DNA of 64,000 bases from Promethearchaeota archaeon. Its GTDB lineage: Archaea; Asgardarchaeota; Lokiarchaeia; Sigyniarchaeales; SOKP01. A program made the position numbers and the translations under genes. The stretch covers positions 15,228 to 79,227 of the forward strand of contig JAUVXW010000016.1 of NCBI GenBank assembly GCA_030603385.1, given 5' to 3'. The notes beneath the pieces are model-generated. The model saw only the letters and a program-made list of their open reading frames with translations, was not told where the DNA came from and made no database searches. Each line of letters opens with the position of its first letter. The first letter of the stretch is position 1. Shown here piece after piece: positions 21,664 to 32,785 of this stretch.

Positions 21664-22104
21664 TCATAATTTTTCCTTAGATTTCAGAATTTGTTTCGGC
21701 TTTTCTGCGGTTTTACTAGATTCAGTAGGTTTTTTCAATCTTACAGAATAAATTTGCTTAACCTCCATCATATCATCGCATTTAACACATTTATCTATTT
21801 TGCTAAAAACAAAATCTCCTTTCTCATAATTTCTAACTTTTGTAAGTCCACATAGATTGCAGATTAAAATCGTCAACGTTTGTCTTATAGGTTCTGATGG
21901 TCTTTTTTGCATTTGTATCAACGTTGCACCTAAACAGATTAGCATAAATCCCATTGTCCATCCTGAAACTTCATCAGGAAGAATCCCGGTATAAATAAAA
22001 AGTGCTCCTAAAATAATTAAAAATATAGAAAGTAAATTTTTTAGGACGCTTTTGAAAGTAATTCCTTTTTTTAATATATCCTCGTCGTCTTCTTCTTCTA
22101 TCAT
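21664..22104 (-). CDS. Conserved archaeal membrane protein with zinc ribbon
   Basis: Two TM helices, then C..C...R.Y.KGDFV...C.KC; divergent from the DUF1512 gene. Confidence 0.7.
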   Translation of the reverse strand: MIEEEDDEDILKKGITFKSVLKNLLSIFLIILGALFIYTGILPDEVSGWTMGFMLICLGATLIQMQKRPSEPIRQTLTILICNLCGLTKVRNYEKGDFVFSKIDKCVKCDDMMEVKQIYSVRLKKPTESSKTAEKPKQILKSKEKL

Positions 22105-22224
22105 GGAAAATGTTCTAATATCTCGTTTTCTATGCTTAATAATCGAAAAGAATAAATAAATTTTGTTATTATAAAACCTTAATAGATAAAAGTATTCAAT
22201 TTTAAGTTAAGGTATCTAACAAAA

Positions 22225-23367
22225 ATGTTTAGTATTTTTCAATTTGGTGCTGATGGAGCTGATCCGATAAGTTTAGTTATCCAACTTTTATGGTTTGTTC
22301 TTATTTTTGTAAGTATTTTTTATGGACAGAAAATTCAAGGTTGGAAAGCTGCTAAAGAAATACAAGGGGGATTAGAAAAATTAAAAAAATGGAATGATGA
22401 ATGTAAGGAAATTTTGGTTAGTAATTTTAAAGAATTTGCTGATAAAAAGAAAACTCAAAAAGATTTAATGCTTCAACTTGAAGATTTCATTACTTTTGTT
22501 ACAATTCCTCCTGTTTCACTAGATCCATATGGTATTATTTCAAAATTCGATCATGTTGTTGATGTTAGGGATTACCGATTTAAAGAAGAAGTTGAGTTAT
22601 TGGCACCGAAAGCTGATATTGTTCAAAGATATAATTTAGAGAATTTGTTGGAAGTTACAATGGCTATTGATTTTATATATAGACTTATAAGACATTATCT
22701 CATACTTGGTAAGAAATCAAAATCAATGATTTTACTATTACAAATCTCAATGCAATTAGGATTAATATTAAGTATGGCAAAAGCCTATTATTATGCGGCA
22801 AAAGCTTTTTCAGAAGGGAGTCCCATTGGAGACGCTCTAGGCCCATTAGTCACTGCTAGCTTCGTAAGGGATGTTTCAGATGGAGAGGTGGAATCAAAAG
22901 AAATTGTTAGAGATACTATTGTACAAGAAGTGGATTTTGAAGATCGTAAGATTTTTGTAGTGAGGGCAAAAGGACCTGGTGGAACCGTAGGAAAACTAGG
23001 GAAAGCTATTAAGATGCTGATTGATGAGCATGGTGACGAAATTTCTCGAATAATTATGATTGATGCGGGATTAAAATTAACAGGAGATAAAACAGGATCA
23101 ATTGCTGTAGGTGTTGGTGCTGCTATAGGAGGAATTGGTATTGAAAAACATTTTATAGAAGAATCTTCTACAAGTAAATCAATTCCAATCGATGCTCTTA
23201 TTTGTAAACAATCACTAGAAGATGCTATTACCACAATGAAGAGACCCATAACCCAAAGTGTGCCAAAATTTATTGAAAAAATAAAGATGGCTCTGAGGAA
23301 AAGGACAGAAAAAGGCTCCAAAGTAATTATTGCAGGAATTGGAAACTCAATTGGAATAGGTATTTAA
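22225..23367 (+). CDS. DUF1512 family protein
   Basis: PVSLDPYGI, PIGDALGPL, RAKGPGGTVG, MIDAGLKL.G and GIGNSIGI. Confidence 0.8.
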   Translation: MFSIFQFGADGADPISLVIQLLWFVLIFVSIFYGQKIQGWKAAKEIQGGLEKLKKWNDECKEILVSNFKEFADKKKTQKDLMLQLEDFITFVTIPPVSLDPYGIISKFDHVVDVRDYRFKEEVELLAPKADIVQRYNLENLLEVTMAIDFIYRLIRHYLILGKKSKSMILLLQISMQLGLILSMAKAYYYAAKAFSEGSPIGDALGPLVTASFVRDVSDGEVESKEIVRDTIVQEVDFEDRKIFVVRAKGPGGTVGKLGKAIKMLIDEHGDEISRIIMIDAGLKLTGDKTGSIAVGVGAAIGGIGIEKHFIEESSTSKSIPIDALICKQSLEDAITTMKRPITQSVPKFIEKIKMALRKRTEKGSKVIIAGIGNSIGIGI

Positions 23368-23600
23368 TTATTTTACTTTTTATTCTGTTTAGTTTTTAAT
23401 ACTTTTTATTTATTTCACTCTTTAAAAACTGATCCGTTATAATCTTAATAGAATTTTTATAATCTCCTAAATGAGAAAATAGAAATTGTTTTATAATTAA
23501 GCAAATAAGATTACTTAATTGAACTAATTAATAAAATGGAATTAAAGTCAAAAAAAATATATATTACATGATTTGAGGTGTAAAGAAAATTTACGGATAT

Positions 23601-25460
23601 ATGGGTAAAATTTTAAGAATTGATTTATCTAGTGGACAAATTACTGAAGAATTTCCTGATGAAGAAACATTAAAAATGTATTTAGGAGGATCAGGCTTAG
23701 CTACAAAATATTTAATTGATGAAACATCAAAAGGAATCGATCCATTAGGACCGGAAAATAAACTGATCTTTATGACTGGACCATTAACTGGAACTCCATC
23801 ACCTAGTACAGGAAGGTATAGCGTAGTTGCAAAATCACCACTTACAGGTGTCTGGGGACAGGCGAATTCTGCTGGTTTTTGGGGTCGAGATTTAAAAAGA
23901 TCTGGCTTCGATGGGGTAATTTTTGAGAATATTTCCCCCAAACCAGTATATCTTGTCACTGAAGATGGGAAAGCAGAACTCAGAGATGCATCGCACCTCT
24001 GGGGTAAAAATACTTCAGAAACAACAAGGATAATAAGAGAAGAATTAGGTGAAAAATTCAATGTGTCTTGTATTGGTATTGGAGGAGAAAATTTAGTCAA
24101 ATATGCAGCTATTATGAATGATTGTGATAAACCGAATTATGGAAGAGCTGCTGGAAGATGCGGGATGGGTACGGTTATGGGATCCAAGAAAGTTAAAGCA
24201 ATAGCATCTAAAGGTACTGCTAAGATTGAAGTAGCAAAACCAGAGGAATATAAGGCAGAAGCTAAACAAAGGTATGATTGGGTAAATCAGAGTATGTTAA
24301 AAATGACCCTTGAAGTATTTGGAACTGCTACAATGGTAGATTTGGTGAACATTAAGGGTGGTTTGCCGACGAAGAATTGGCAAACCGGAGTTTTTCCTGC
24401 CGCAGATAAAATTAATGGTACAGCAATAAATGAAACAATTCTCACGGGGCGTAAACCATGTTTTGCTTGTCCAGTAGCTTGTGGACGTATTGCAGAAATT
24501 AAAGAGGGAAAATATAAAAGCGCAGGTGAAGGTCCTGAATATGAATCACTTGGAGCACTTGGAACAATGTGCGGAGTTGATAATTTAGAAGCAATCACTT
24601 TGGCACATTTTCTTTGTAATGAATATGGTCTCGACGTTATATCTGCAGGCAATACAATTGGATTTGCTATGGAGTGTTATGAGAAAGGGATATTAACTAA
24701 TGAAGACACCGGTGGTCTTGAATTTAATTTCGGTAACGCAGATCTCGTTATAGATCTTATTGCTAAAATAAGTAAAAGAGAAGGAATTGGGGATTTACTT
24801 GCTGAAGGAACAAGAAAGATGGCAGAAAAATTAGGGAAGGATTCTCACAAATTCGCTATGCATGTTAAAGGGTTAGAACTTCCTGCTTATGATAGTCGGG
24901 CCGCGAAAATTACTGGATTAGCTTATGCTACGGCAAATCGAGGTGGGTGTCATATAACAGGTTATATTGAAGGACCAGCATTCTTATCAATGCCTTTTAT
25001 GATTGTAGAAGATGCCATGGTTGGGGATGTTCTTTCAGAAAATCCGGAAGATACTAAGATTGTTAAAGATTTCGAAGATGCGTTTGGTTTATTTGATGCT
25101 ATTGGAGGTTGTAAATTTATGGGTATGGTTTTAACTTCAGAGGATTGGGCAGCACTCATAGAAAAACTTTTAGGTTATGATTTTTCTAAAGAAGATTTTG
25201 CTAAAATGGGTGAAAGGCTATATAATTTAGCTAGAATTTATAATATAAGAGAAGGAGTCACTAGAGCTGATGATACGCTTCCACCACGGTTGTTAGAGGA
25301 ACCTATGCCTGATGGCCCAGCTAAGGGAGAAACTGTAAACTTAGATCCTTTATTGGATGCATATTATGAATATCGTGGATGGGATAAAGAGACGGGGAAA
25401 CCAACTAAGGAGAAATTAAAAGAACTAGGGTTGGAATGGGCGATTAATGAGATATACTAA
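23601..25460 (+). CDS. aor: Tungsten-containing aldehyde:ferredoxin oxidoreductase
   Basis: KSPLTG, AAGR.G.G.VMGSK, CFACPVACG (4Fe-4S), GPEYE and GLD.IS.G. Probable ATT start at 23589. Confidence 0.93.
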   Translation: MGKILRIDLSSGQITEEFPDEETLKMYLGGSGLATKYLIDETSKGIDPLGPENKLIFMTGPLTGTPSPSTGRYSVVAKSPLTGVWGQANSAGFWGRDLKRSGFDGVIFENISPKPVYLVTEDGKAELRDASHLWGKNTSETTRIIREELGEKFNVSCIGIGGENLVKYAAIMNDCDKPNYGRAAGRCGMGTVMGSKKVKAIASKGTAKIEVAKPEEYKAEAKQRYDWVNQSMLKMTLEVFGTATMVDLVNIKGGLPTKNWQTGVFPAADKINGTAINETILTGRKPCFACPVACGRIAEIKEGKYKSAGEGPEYESLGALGTMCGVDNLEAITLAHFLCNEYGLDVISAGNTIGFAMECYEKGILTNEDTGGLEFNFGNADLVIDLIAKISKREGIGDLLAEGTRKMAEKLGKDSHKFAMHVKGLELPAYDSRAAKITGLAYATANRGGCHITGYIEGPAFLSMPFMIVEDAMVGDVLSENPEDTKIVKDFEDAFGLFDAIGGCKFMGMVLTSEDWAALIEKLLGYDFSKEDFAKMGERLYNLARIYNIREGVTRADDTLPPRLLEEPMPDGPAKGETVNLDPLLDAYYEYRGWDKETGKPTKEKLKELGLEWAINEIY

Positions 25461-25490
25461 GTAAAACTTCCAGCTTTCTATTAAAAAAAG

Positions 25491-27212
25491 GTGAAAATGA
25501 TGGGTGAAGAAAAGAAACTAACTTATGCAGATAAACCATGGCTAAAATCTTATTCTGTAGGACCTTTTAAACTCAAACATACTATGGAACCGTACCCTAA
25601 AATGAATGTTTACAAGTTTCTTGAAGATAGCGCAACAAATTTCCCGGATAATATTGCATGCGTTTATTTAGATGATGAGATTACCTATAAAGATTTAAAA
25701 TTAAAGGTTGATAAGTTAGCAAATGCTTTTATTGATTTGGGTTTGAAAAAGGGAGACACCGTAGCATCAGTCCTTCCATCATGTCTTGAGTTCATTTTAG
25801 TAGATTATGCTGCAATGAAAATGGCTGCAATACATGTGCCTTTAAGTATTTTACATAAAACTGATGATTTAGTACATGAGTTAAAAGAAAGTAATGCTAA
25901 AACGGTAGTATGTTCGTACAGGCGCCTTGAACGCATCTATGAAGTAAAAAATGAAGTCGAAATTGAAACTGTTATTTATACTCCAACAAAATTATTTCCT
26001 GATTACAAGCTCCCTGAAATGAAGGATATATCAGAAGAAGGTTATTATTCTTTAGATGATTTATTAGAGAAATATGATCCACTCGAAAAAGCAATTGAAA
26101 TAGATCCTGTGGAAGATATAGCTCTTCTACCTTTTACTGGTGGCACAACAGGACTTCCAAAGGGGACAATGATAACTCATTATAACATTACAACTAATGT
26201 ACTTCAATTAATGCATTGGATGTTGGATCCTATAAAACTCGGGGTAATTGGGAAAGCAGCTATAGTAATTTGCGTTCCTATTTTTCATGCGTATGGACAT
26301 TTTACAATACATTCTTGTATTTCGATGGGATTAAAAATGTTATTAATGGATCCAAGAGATATGGTAAGGATTGCTGAAGTTATAAAAAAGATTCGCCCCT
26401 TTATGGTGATTGGTGTTCCTGCTCATTATATGAGGTTTATAGATTTAGATCTTCCTAAGGCGCCCATTTTCTACTTATCTGGAGCTGCACCAATGCCCCC
26501 TGATCTTGCTGACCAATTTGAACAAAAAACAGGCGTTCCGATGGCTGAAGGGTATGGAGCGACAGAAACATGTGCCGCTTCAACTGTTAATATTTCACCA
26601 CTATCTAAGATTACAGGATTTATGGCTTCGAAGAAAAATGGTGTTGGTGTACCTTTACCAGACACAGAAGTAAAAATTGTTGATCCAGAAACAAGAGAGG
26701 AAACGCCTTTTGGTGAATCCGGTGAGATATGGATCCGTGGACCACAGATAATGAAAGGATATTGGCCAACACCAGGTAGTGGTTTAACTGATGATGGATG
26801 GCTTCCTATGGGTGATATAGGAAGAATGGATGAAGATGGTTATTTCTACATTGAAGATCGTATCAAAGATATGATTAATGTATCAGGAAATAAAGTTTAT
26901 TCAAGATTGATTGATGATATTTTACATGAACATCCCGCAGTAAGCGTAGCAGGTGTAATAGGAGTTCCTGATCCAGAACGACCTGGTAGTGAAAGAGTTA
27001 AGGCGTTTATAACGCTAAATAGAGAATCTGAGGGAAAAGTTACTGAACAGGATATAATCAACTACTTAAAGGATAAAGTTAAACCTTATGCTGTTCCTAA
27101 GTATGTGGAGTTTAGGAATGATTTACCTTTGACATTGGCAATGAAACTCTTTAAACGGAAACTCAGAAACGAAGAAATTGCTAAAATGAAAGAAAGAGGA
27201 GAAATCAAGTAG
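25491..27212 (+). CDS. Long-chain-fatty-acid--CoA ligase (AMP-forming)
   Basis: FTGGTTGLPKG, EGYGATE, GPQIMKGYW and GDIGRMDEDGY...DRIKDMI. Confidence 0.9.
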   Translation: MKMMGEEKKLTYADKPWLKSYSVGPFKLKHTMEPYPKMNVYKFLEDSATNFPDNIACVYLDDEITYKDLKLKVDKLANAFIDLGLKKGDTVASVLPSCLEFILVDYAAMKMAAIHVPLSILHKTDDLVHELKESNAKTVVCSYRRLERIYEVKNEVEIETVIYTPTKLFPDYKLPEMKDISEEGYYSLDDLLEKYDPLEKAIEIDPVEDIALLPFTGGTTGLPKGTMITHYNITTNVLQLMHWMLDPIKLGVIGKAAIVICVPIFHAYGHFTIHSCISMGLKMLLMDPRDMVRIAEVIKKIRPFMVIGVPAHYMRFIDLDLPKAPIFYLSGAAPMPPDLADQFEQKTGVPMAEGYGATETCAASTVNISPLSKITGFMASKKNGVGVPLPDTEVKIVDPETREETPFGESGEIWIRGPQIMKGYWPTPGSGLTDDGWLPMGDIGRMDEDGYFYIEDRIKDMINVSGNKVYSRLIDDILHEHPAVSVAGVIGVPDPERPGSERVKAFITLNRESEGKVTEQDIINYLKDKVKPYAVPKYVEFRNDLPLTLAMKLFKRKLRNEEIAKMKERGEIK

Positions 27213-27362
27213 TAACTATTGAAATATATGAAATTTACTAATTTGAAAATATTTTTTATATTTTTTTTTAATAAAAACTAGAATATTTATAACACTCTTT
27301 ATTAAATAAAATATACAAATAAATAACCTATTTAAAAATTAAGCGAAATTTACTTATTTTGA

Positions 27363-27794
27363 GTGATAATTATGAAATTTGGAACTCCGGAATGGGCAAA
27401 TGCCTATTGCAAAGCTATTAATGAAAACGAAAACTATAGAGATGCTGCCGACGAAAATGGTTTTCCTCCTAATGGCTGGGAGGGTGATTTTCTCTTTGTC
27501 ATAGACCCTTCAGGGAATTTAGATCATGAGATTAGGATGTTTGTAGGACTTTATCATGGTGAATGTACAGGAGCAAGAATATTAGATGAAGGAGAAGAAG
27601 TAGACGCGGAATTTGAATACTCAGGATCATATGACTCATGGGTGCAAGTCTTAAAAAAAGAATTAGATCCAATACGTGGTTTGCTCGCAGGTAAATTTAA
27701 ACTAAAAGGCGATATGGCTAAAGTTTTAAGAGCTACAAGAGCAGCACAGGAACTTGTTGTTTCCACCACAATGATTGAGACTGAATTTTACTGA
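27363..27794 (+). CDS. SCP2 sterol/lipid-binding domain protein
   Basis: F.TPEWA..Y..AIN and W..VL..ELDPI..L..GKFKLKGD pattern. Likely start is ATG 27372. Confidence 0.85.
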   Translation: MIIMKFGTPEWANAYCKAINENENYRDAADENGFPPNGWEGDFLFVIDPSGNLDHEIRMFVGLYHGECTGARILDEGEEVDAEFEYSGSYDSWVQVLKKELDPIRGLLAGKFKLKGDMAKVLRATRAAQELVVSTTMIETEFY

Positions 27795-27861
27795 AATAAA
27801 GAAAATTTATTTAATCTTTTTTCCTTTTTTATCATATCTTAAATACTCTTTTTAATTTGAA

Positions 27862-28671
27862 ATGGATAACTACAAAAGCAACATCTTTGAATTAACGAAA
27901 AAACAAGTTTTCTTTTTTGACTTAGATGGAACCATATATTTAGGAAAAAAATTATTTAAAGGTGTTCCGGAATTAATTACATCATTAAAGAAAAATGATA
28001 AGTACTTCTTTTTCCTCTCAAACAATTCAAGTTTATCAACAAGTGATTATCTTAAAAAATTAAATGCTTTTAATCTAAATATTACTCGTAACCATCTTAT
28101 TTTATCACAACATCCAACATTAGATTACCTAAAGAAAAATAGATTTAGAAAACTATTTTTAATGGGTACTCAATCACTCAAAAAAGAATTTGAACGAGAA
28201 GGGTTTAAATTAACTGAAGACGATCCTGAAATTATTGTTCTTGCATTTGATAAAGAATTAACCTATGAACGGCTAGCAAAAGTAACCCAATTTCTTTTAA
28301 AAAAGGATTTTCCTTATATTGCTACTCATCTTGACAATAGATGCCCTACTGAGAAGGGATATATTCCAGATGCTGGTGGCATAGCGGCTTTATTACATAA
28401 AGCAGTAGAAAGGATGCCAAGAGTTTTTGGGAAACCAGATAAAGAAATGCTTTTGTTTAAATTAAATGAATTAGAGATCTCAACTAAAGATGCTGTAATA
28501 TTTGGTGACAGGCTTTATACAGATATTAAAATGGGTAAAAATGCTGGAGTGTCGACTTGTTTGTGTCTTTCAGGGGAATCAACTTTAGATATGATAAAAA
28601 ATGGTGAATATAAACCCGATTTCATTATAAATGGAATTTGGGAGCTTTTAAATGAATTTAATAAAATTTAA
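27862..28671 (+). CDS. HAD-IIA (NagD-like) hydrolase
   Basis: FDLDGTIY, LSNNS, GKP and GDRLYTDI. Confidence 0.9.
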   Translation: MDNYKSNIFELTKKQVFFFDLDGTIYLGKKLFKGVPELITSLKKNDKYFFFLSNNSSLSTSDYLKKLNAFNLNITRNHLILSQHPTLDYLKKNRFRKLFLMGTQSLKKEFEREGFKLTEDDPEIIVLAFDKELTYERLAKVTQFLLKKDFPYIATHLDNRCPTEKGYIPDAGGIAALLHKAVERMPRVFGKPDKEMLLFKLNELEISTKDAVIFGDRLYTDIKMGKNAGVSTCLCLSGESTLDMIKNGEYKPDFIINGIWELLNEFNKI

Positions 28672-28825
28672 TTGACTAGCTTTAATTTAAAATTTCAATT
28701 TTAGTAAGATTTTTTTCATTATTGTAATTACTATATATTGTAAGTTATTATCATAAAAAATAAAAATATGAAATTCTGTTTTTAATTTGTTAAATCTTGA
28801 TGATTAAAGAGATTGGTATAAAAAA

Positions 28826-31519
28826 ATGACAACTAGTGAAAAAAATAAATTTATTTATGACTTCACCGAAGGAAATAAAGATTTAAAGAATTTGCTTGGA
28901 GGAAAAGGTGCAAATCTGGCCGAAATGACAAAACTAGGTCTAAATATTCCACCTGGTTTTACTATTACCACTGAAGCTTGCCTAATTTATTTTCGTGAAC
29001 CTGAAAAAGTCATGAAAGAATTAGAACCTAGCGTAATGAAGAATTTAAAAGCTCTGGAAGAAAGTTCAGGAAAAAAATTTGGTGACATGAAAAATCCTTT
29101 GTTAGTGAGTGTCCGAAGTGGTGCTCCAATGTCCATGCCAGGGATGATGGATACTGTTTTGAATCTTGGTTTAAATAATCAAAGTGTTTTAGGTTTAGCT
29201 GAACAAACTGAAAATCCCCGCTTTGCATATGATTCATATCGTAGATTTATCCAAATGTTTGGTGACGTTGTAATGGCTATTGGAGCTGAAAAATTCGAGA
29301 GAATTTTGACGAAATATAAAAGATTAATAGGAAGAGATGCTCAAGATACAGATTTAAAAGTTACTGATCTACAAAAAATAATAGCTGATTATAAGGCATT
29401 ATATGAAAAAGAAATTGGCTCAGCATTTCCTCAAGATCCACTTAAACAATTATTTCTTGCAATAGATGCCGTATTTAAATCTTGGAATAATAGACGAGCT
29501 ATTACATATAGAAGAATCAATAATATTCCTAATTTTGGTACTGCTGTAAACATTCAAGTAATGGTGTTTGGCAATAAAGGAGAAAATTCTGCTACAGGTG
29601 TCGTGTTTACGAGAGATCCATCAACTGGGGAGAATAAAAAGTTCGGTGAATATTTAACTAATGCTCAAGGAGAGGATGTTGTTGCTGGTATTCGAACTCC
29701 AAAAAAATTAGAAGTTATGGAAGAAGAATTCCCAACAATATATACTCAATTATTGGACACAATGGATAGATTGGAAAAGCATTATAGAGACATGCAAGAT
29801 ATTGAATTTACAATTGAGGATGGAAAATTAAATATTTTACAGACCCGAAATGGTAAGCGTACTCCTTCAGCAGCTGTGAAAATTGCTGTTGATATGGTTA
29901 AAGAAGGATTAATTACAAAAGAAGAAGCAATCATGAGTCTGGATCCTAATAAAGTTTCAAAATTATTATTTAAAAGTATAGATGAGAGTGCTATTGTCCA
30001 TGTTTTGGCTCATAGTATTAATGCTTCCCCTGGTGCTGTTTCTGGAATAGCTATTTTTGATCCTGATACTGCAGAGGAATTAGCAAACCAAGGAGAAAAT
30101 GAAATCATACTTTGTCGACCACAGACAAAACCTGAAGATGTCCATGGATTATATGCATCTAGTGGTGTTTTAACACAATTTGGTGGAAAAACGTCTCATG
30201 CTGCTGTCGTTGCCAGAGGTATGGGTAAACCTGCAATTGTAGGGGCTTCAGATATAGAAATCGATGAAGAAAACAAAGAATTCAGGGTTGGAGAAATGGT
30301 TATTCATGAAGGAGACTACATAACTATTGATGGAACTACTGGAAAAGTCATAGAAGGGATAGTTCCATTAATTGAACCTGAAATTAAGGATGAATTTTTA
30401 GAATTATTACAAATAGCAGATGAAATTAAAACTCTCGGTGTTAGAGCTAATGCAGATACACCTCTTGATGCTCTAAAGGCTTTAGAATTCGGTGCCGAGG
30501 GAATTGGGCTTTGCAGGACAGAACATATGTTTATGGCACAAGATCGCTTGCCCACAGTTCAAAATATGATATTAGCAAGGACCAAAGAAGTACGGCAAGA
30601 TGCTCTAAATAAAATTTTACCTTGGCAAAAACAGGATTTTTATGAAATTTTCAAAATAATGGAAGGAAGACCAGTAACAATCAGATTATTAGATCCACCT
30701 TTACATGAGTTTCTACCTGAATTATCACTAGTTCAATTGGAAAGACAAGAACTCAAAATGACTAATGCCTTATCAAAATCTTTATTAAACACAAGCCCCT
30801 TAGACGAAGAAATTAAGAAAAAGAATAAAGTTATTAGCCTAATTAGATCACTCTCTGAGGAGAATCCCATGATGGGCTTAAGAGGTTGTAGATTGGGAAT
30901 TGTATGGCCTGAGATCAATGAAATGCAAGTTAAGGCAATATTTCAAGCCGCCTGCGAACTCAAACTACAAGGAATCAATGTAATGCCTGAGGTTATGATC
31001 CCTCTTGTAGGAATGCTCTCTGAATTGCAATACGTGAAAGCACAATTAATGCAGGTCGCATTAGAAACTATTAATGAATATGATGTAGAACTTGATTATA
31101 AATTTGGGACTATGATTGAAATCCCAAGAGCGGCTTTAACGGCTGACGAAATTGCTATTGAGGCAGAATTTTTCTCATTTGGTACTAATGACTTAACACA
31201 GATGACTTATGGTTTTTCTCGCGATGATGCAGAAGGAAAGTTCTTACCCGTATATTTGAATAAGGAGATATTAGAAGATAATCCATTTGAGATTTTAGAT
31301 CAAGAAGGAGTGGGACAATTAATGAAGATGGCAATTAAACTTGGGAAGAAGGCTCGGCCAGATTTAAAAACCGGAATATGTGGTGAACATGGAGGAGAGC
31401 CAAGCTCAATAAAATTCTCTCATGATATAGGATTGGATTATGTTTCTTGCTCCCCATTTAGAATTCCAGTTGCTCGGATTGCCGCTGCTCAAGCAGTTAT
31501 TGAAAATAAGAAAGAATAG
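28826..31519 (+). CDS. ppdK: Pyruvate, phosphate dikinase
   Basis: LGGKGANLAEM, SVRSGA..SMPGMMDT, GGKTSHAAVVARG (catalytic His), GTNDLTQ and CGEHGG. Confidence 0.97.
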   Translation: MTTSEKNKFIYDFTEGNKDLKNLLGGKGANLAEMTKLGLNIPPGFTITTEACLIYFREPEKVMKELEPSVMKNLKALEESSGKKFGDMKNPLLVSVRSGAPMSMPGMMDTVLNLGLNNQSVLGLAEQTENPRFAYDSYRRFIQMFGDVVMAIGAEKFERILTKYKRLIGRDAQDTDLKVTDLQKIIADYKALYEKEIGSAFPQDPLKQLFLAIDAVFKSWNNRRAITYRRINNIPNFGTAVNIQVMVFGNKGENSATGVVFTRDPSTGENKKFGEYLTNAQGEDVVAGIRTPKKLEVMEEEFPTIYTQLLDTMDRLEKHYRDMQDIEFTIEDGKLNILQTRNGKRTPSAAVKIAVDMVKEGLITKEEAIMSLDPNKVSKLLFKSIDESAIVHVLAHSINASPGAVSGIAIFDPDTAEELANQGENEIILCRPQTKPEDVHGLYASSGVLTQFGGKTSHAAVVARGMGKPAIVGASDIEIDEENKEFRVGEMVIHEGDYITIDGTTGKVIEGIVPLIEPEIKDEFLELLQIADEIKTLGVRANADTPLDALKALEFGAEGIGLCRTEHMFMAQDRLPTVQNMILARTKEVRQDALNKILPWQKQDFYEIFKIMEGRPVTIRLLDPPLHEFLPELSLVQLERQELKMTNALSKSLLNTSPLDEEIKKKNKVISLIRSLSEENPMMGLRGCRLGIVWPEINEMQVKAIFQAACELKLQGINVMPEVMIPLVGMLSELQYVKAQLMQVALETINEYDVELDYKFGTMIEIPRAALTADEIAIEAEFFSFGTNDLTQMTYGFSRDDAEGKFLPVYLNKEILEDNPFEILDQEGVGQLMKMAIKLGKKARPDLKTGICGEHGGEPSSIKFSHDIGLDYVSCSPFRIPVARIAAAQAVIENKKE

Positions 31520-31641
31520 TTTCTTGTTTATTCTATTTCTTTTTAATATAAAGTTAAATAAGAATAATCTTATACTAAAACGTTGTATACTGTAAAATTC
31601 GAAAAAGTTTTATCGAATTATTTATTTACTAATTTATAAAA

Positions 31642-32763
31642 TTGTTAGGTAAAGACTATATGCCTCTAACTTTAGATGAAAAAATTTCTTTATTAAAGGA
31701 AGTTGGAGAAGAAATTATTGATTTAGATGAATTAAGAGATTTAATTCAATGGAAGGCTGATCATAATGAAGAAATTTATGCTTATGATGGATTTGAACCT
31801 TCTGGGATATTACATATTGCTCAAGGACTTTTAAGAGCTATTAATGTTAATAAAATCACAAAAGCAGGAATTAAATTCAAATTTTTAGTTGCTGATTGGC
31901 ATGCTGCTGCGAATCTAAAATTTGGTGGAGATTTAGAAGTTATTAAAAAAATAGGAGACTTTTTAATCGAAACATGGAAAGTTTGCAACATGGATTTAAG
32001 CAATGTTGAATTTATTTATGCTTCAGATTTAGTTAAAGAACCACCATACTGGCAACTAGTATTGAAGATAGCTATTAATAGTTCTTTAAATAGAGTTAAA
32101 CGATGTACTCAAATAATGGGGAGAAGTGAGTCAGAGCAACTTGCTGCTTCCCAAATTTTATACCCTTTAATGCAAGCAGCAGATATATTTTATCTTCCTA
32201 CAGATATATGCCAACTAGGAATGGATCAACGAAAAGTAAATATGTTGGCAAGAGAAGTTGCTAAAAAGATAAATAGACCAAAACCAGTAGCAATTCATCA
32301 TCATATGTTAATGGGTTTATATAAACCGCCTTCAACAAACTTAGAAGGAGTAGATAGGACGATAGAGATCAAAATGTCAAAATCAGACCCAGATTCTGCA
32401 ATTTTTATGTTAGATTCTCCACATGATGTGAAACGTAAAATAAATAAGGCATATTGTCCTCAAAAACAAATCATTGAAAATCCTGTTTTAGAATATTGTA
32501 AATATATTATATTTGAACTTATCGATGTCTTTAAAGTAAAGAGACCTGAAAAATATGGTGGTAATATTGAATATTCCTCCTATGAGGAGCTAGAAATAGA
32601 TTACCAGAAAGGGAAGTTGAATCCACCTGATTTGAAACCAGCAGTTATAAAATATTTAAATCAATTTCTAGCACCTGTAATAGAACATTTTGAAAAAGAT
32701 GTAAATGCCCATAAATTATATGAATTTGTTCAAGCAGAATCTAAAAAATATAAAGCTAACTAA
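31642..32763 (+). CDS. tyrS: Tyrosine--tRNA ligase (archaeal type)
   Basis: YDGFEPSG.LHIAQ, ADWHA, YPLMQAAD, GMDQRK and KMSKS. Start may be ATG 31660. Confidence 0.95.
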   Translation: MLGKDYMPLTLDEKISLLKEVGEEIIDLDELRDLIQWKADHNEEIYAYDGFEPSGILHIAQGLLRAINVNKITKAGIKFKFLVADWHAAANLKFGGDLEVIKKIGDFLIETWKVCNMDLSNVEFIYASDLVKEPPYWQLVLKIAINSSLNRVKRCTQIMGRSESEQLAASQILYPLMQAADIFYLPTDICQLGMDQRKVNMLAREVAKKINRPKPVAIHHHMLMGLYKPPSTNLEGVDRTIEIKMSKSDPDSAIFMLDSPHDVKRKINKAYCPQKQIIENPVLEYCKYIIFELIDVFKVKRPEKYGGNIEYSSYEELEIDYQKGKLNPPDLKPAVIKYLNQFLAPVIEHFEKDVNAHKLYEFVQAESKKYKAN

Positions 32764-32785
32764 AAATAAATAAAGGAGTATAGAA

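Noticed and set aside
22791-24652. Long antisense ORFs (22791..23321, 23591..24100, 24287..24652) and similar ones opposite ppdK, hut, LRR and ParB genes
   Set aside because: Shadow frames of well-supported genes on the other strand, with no motifs of their own.
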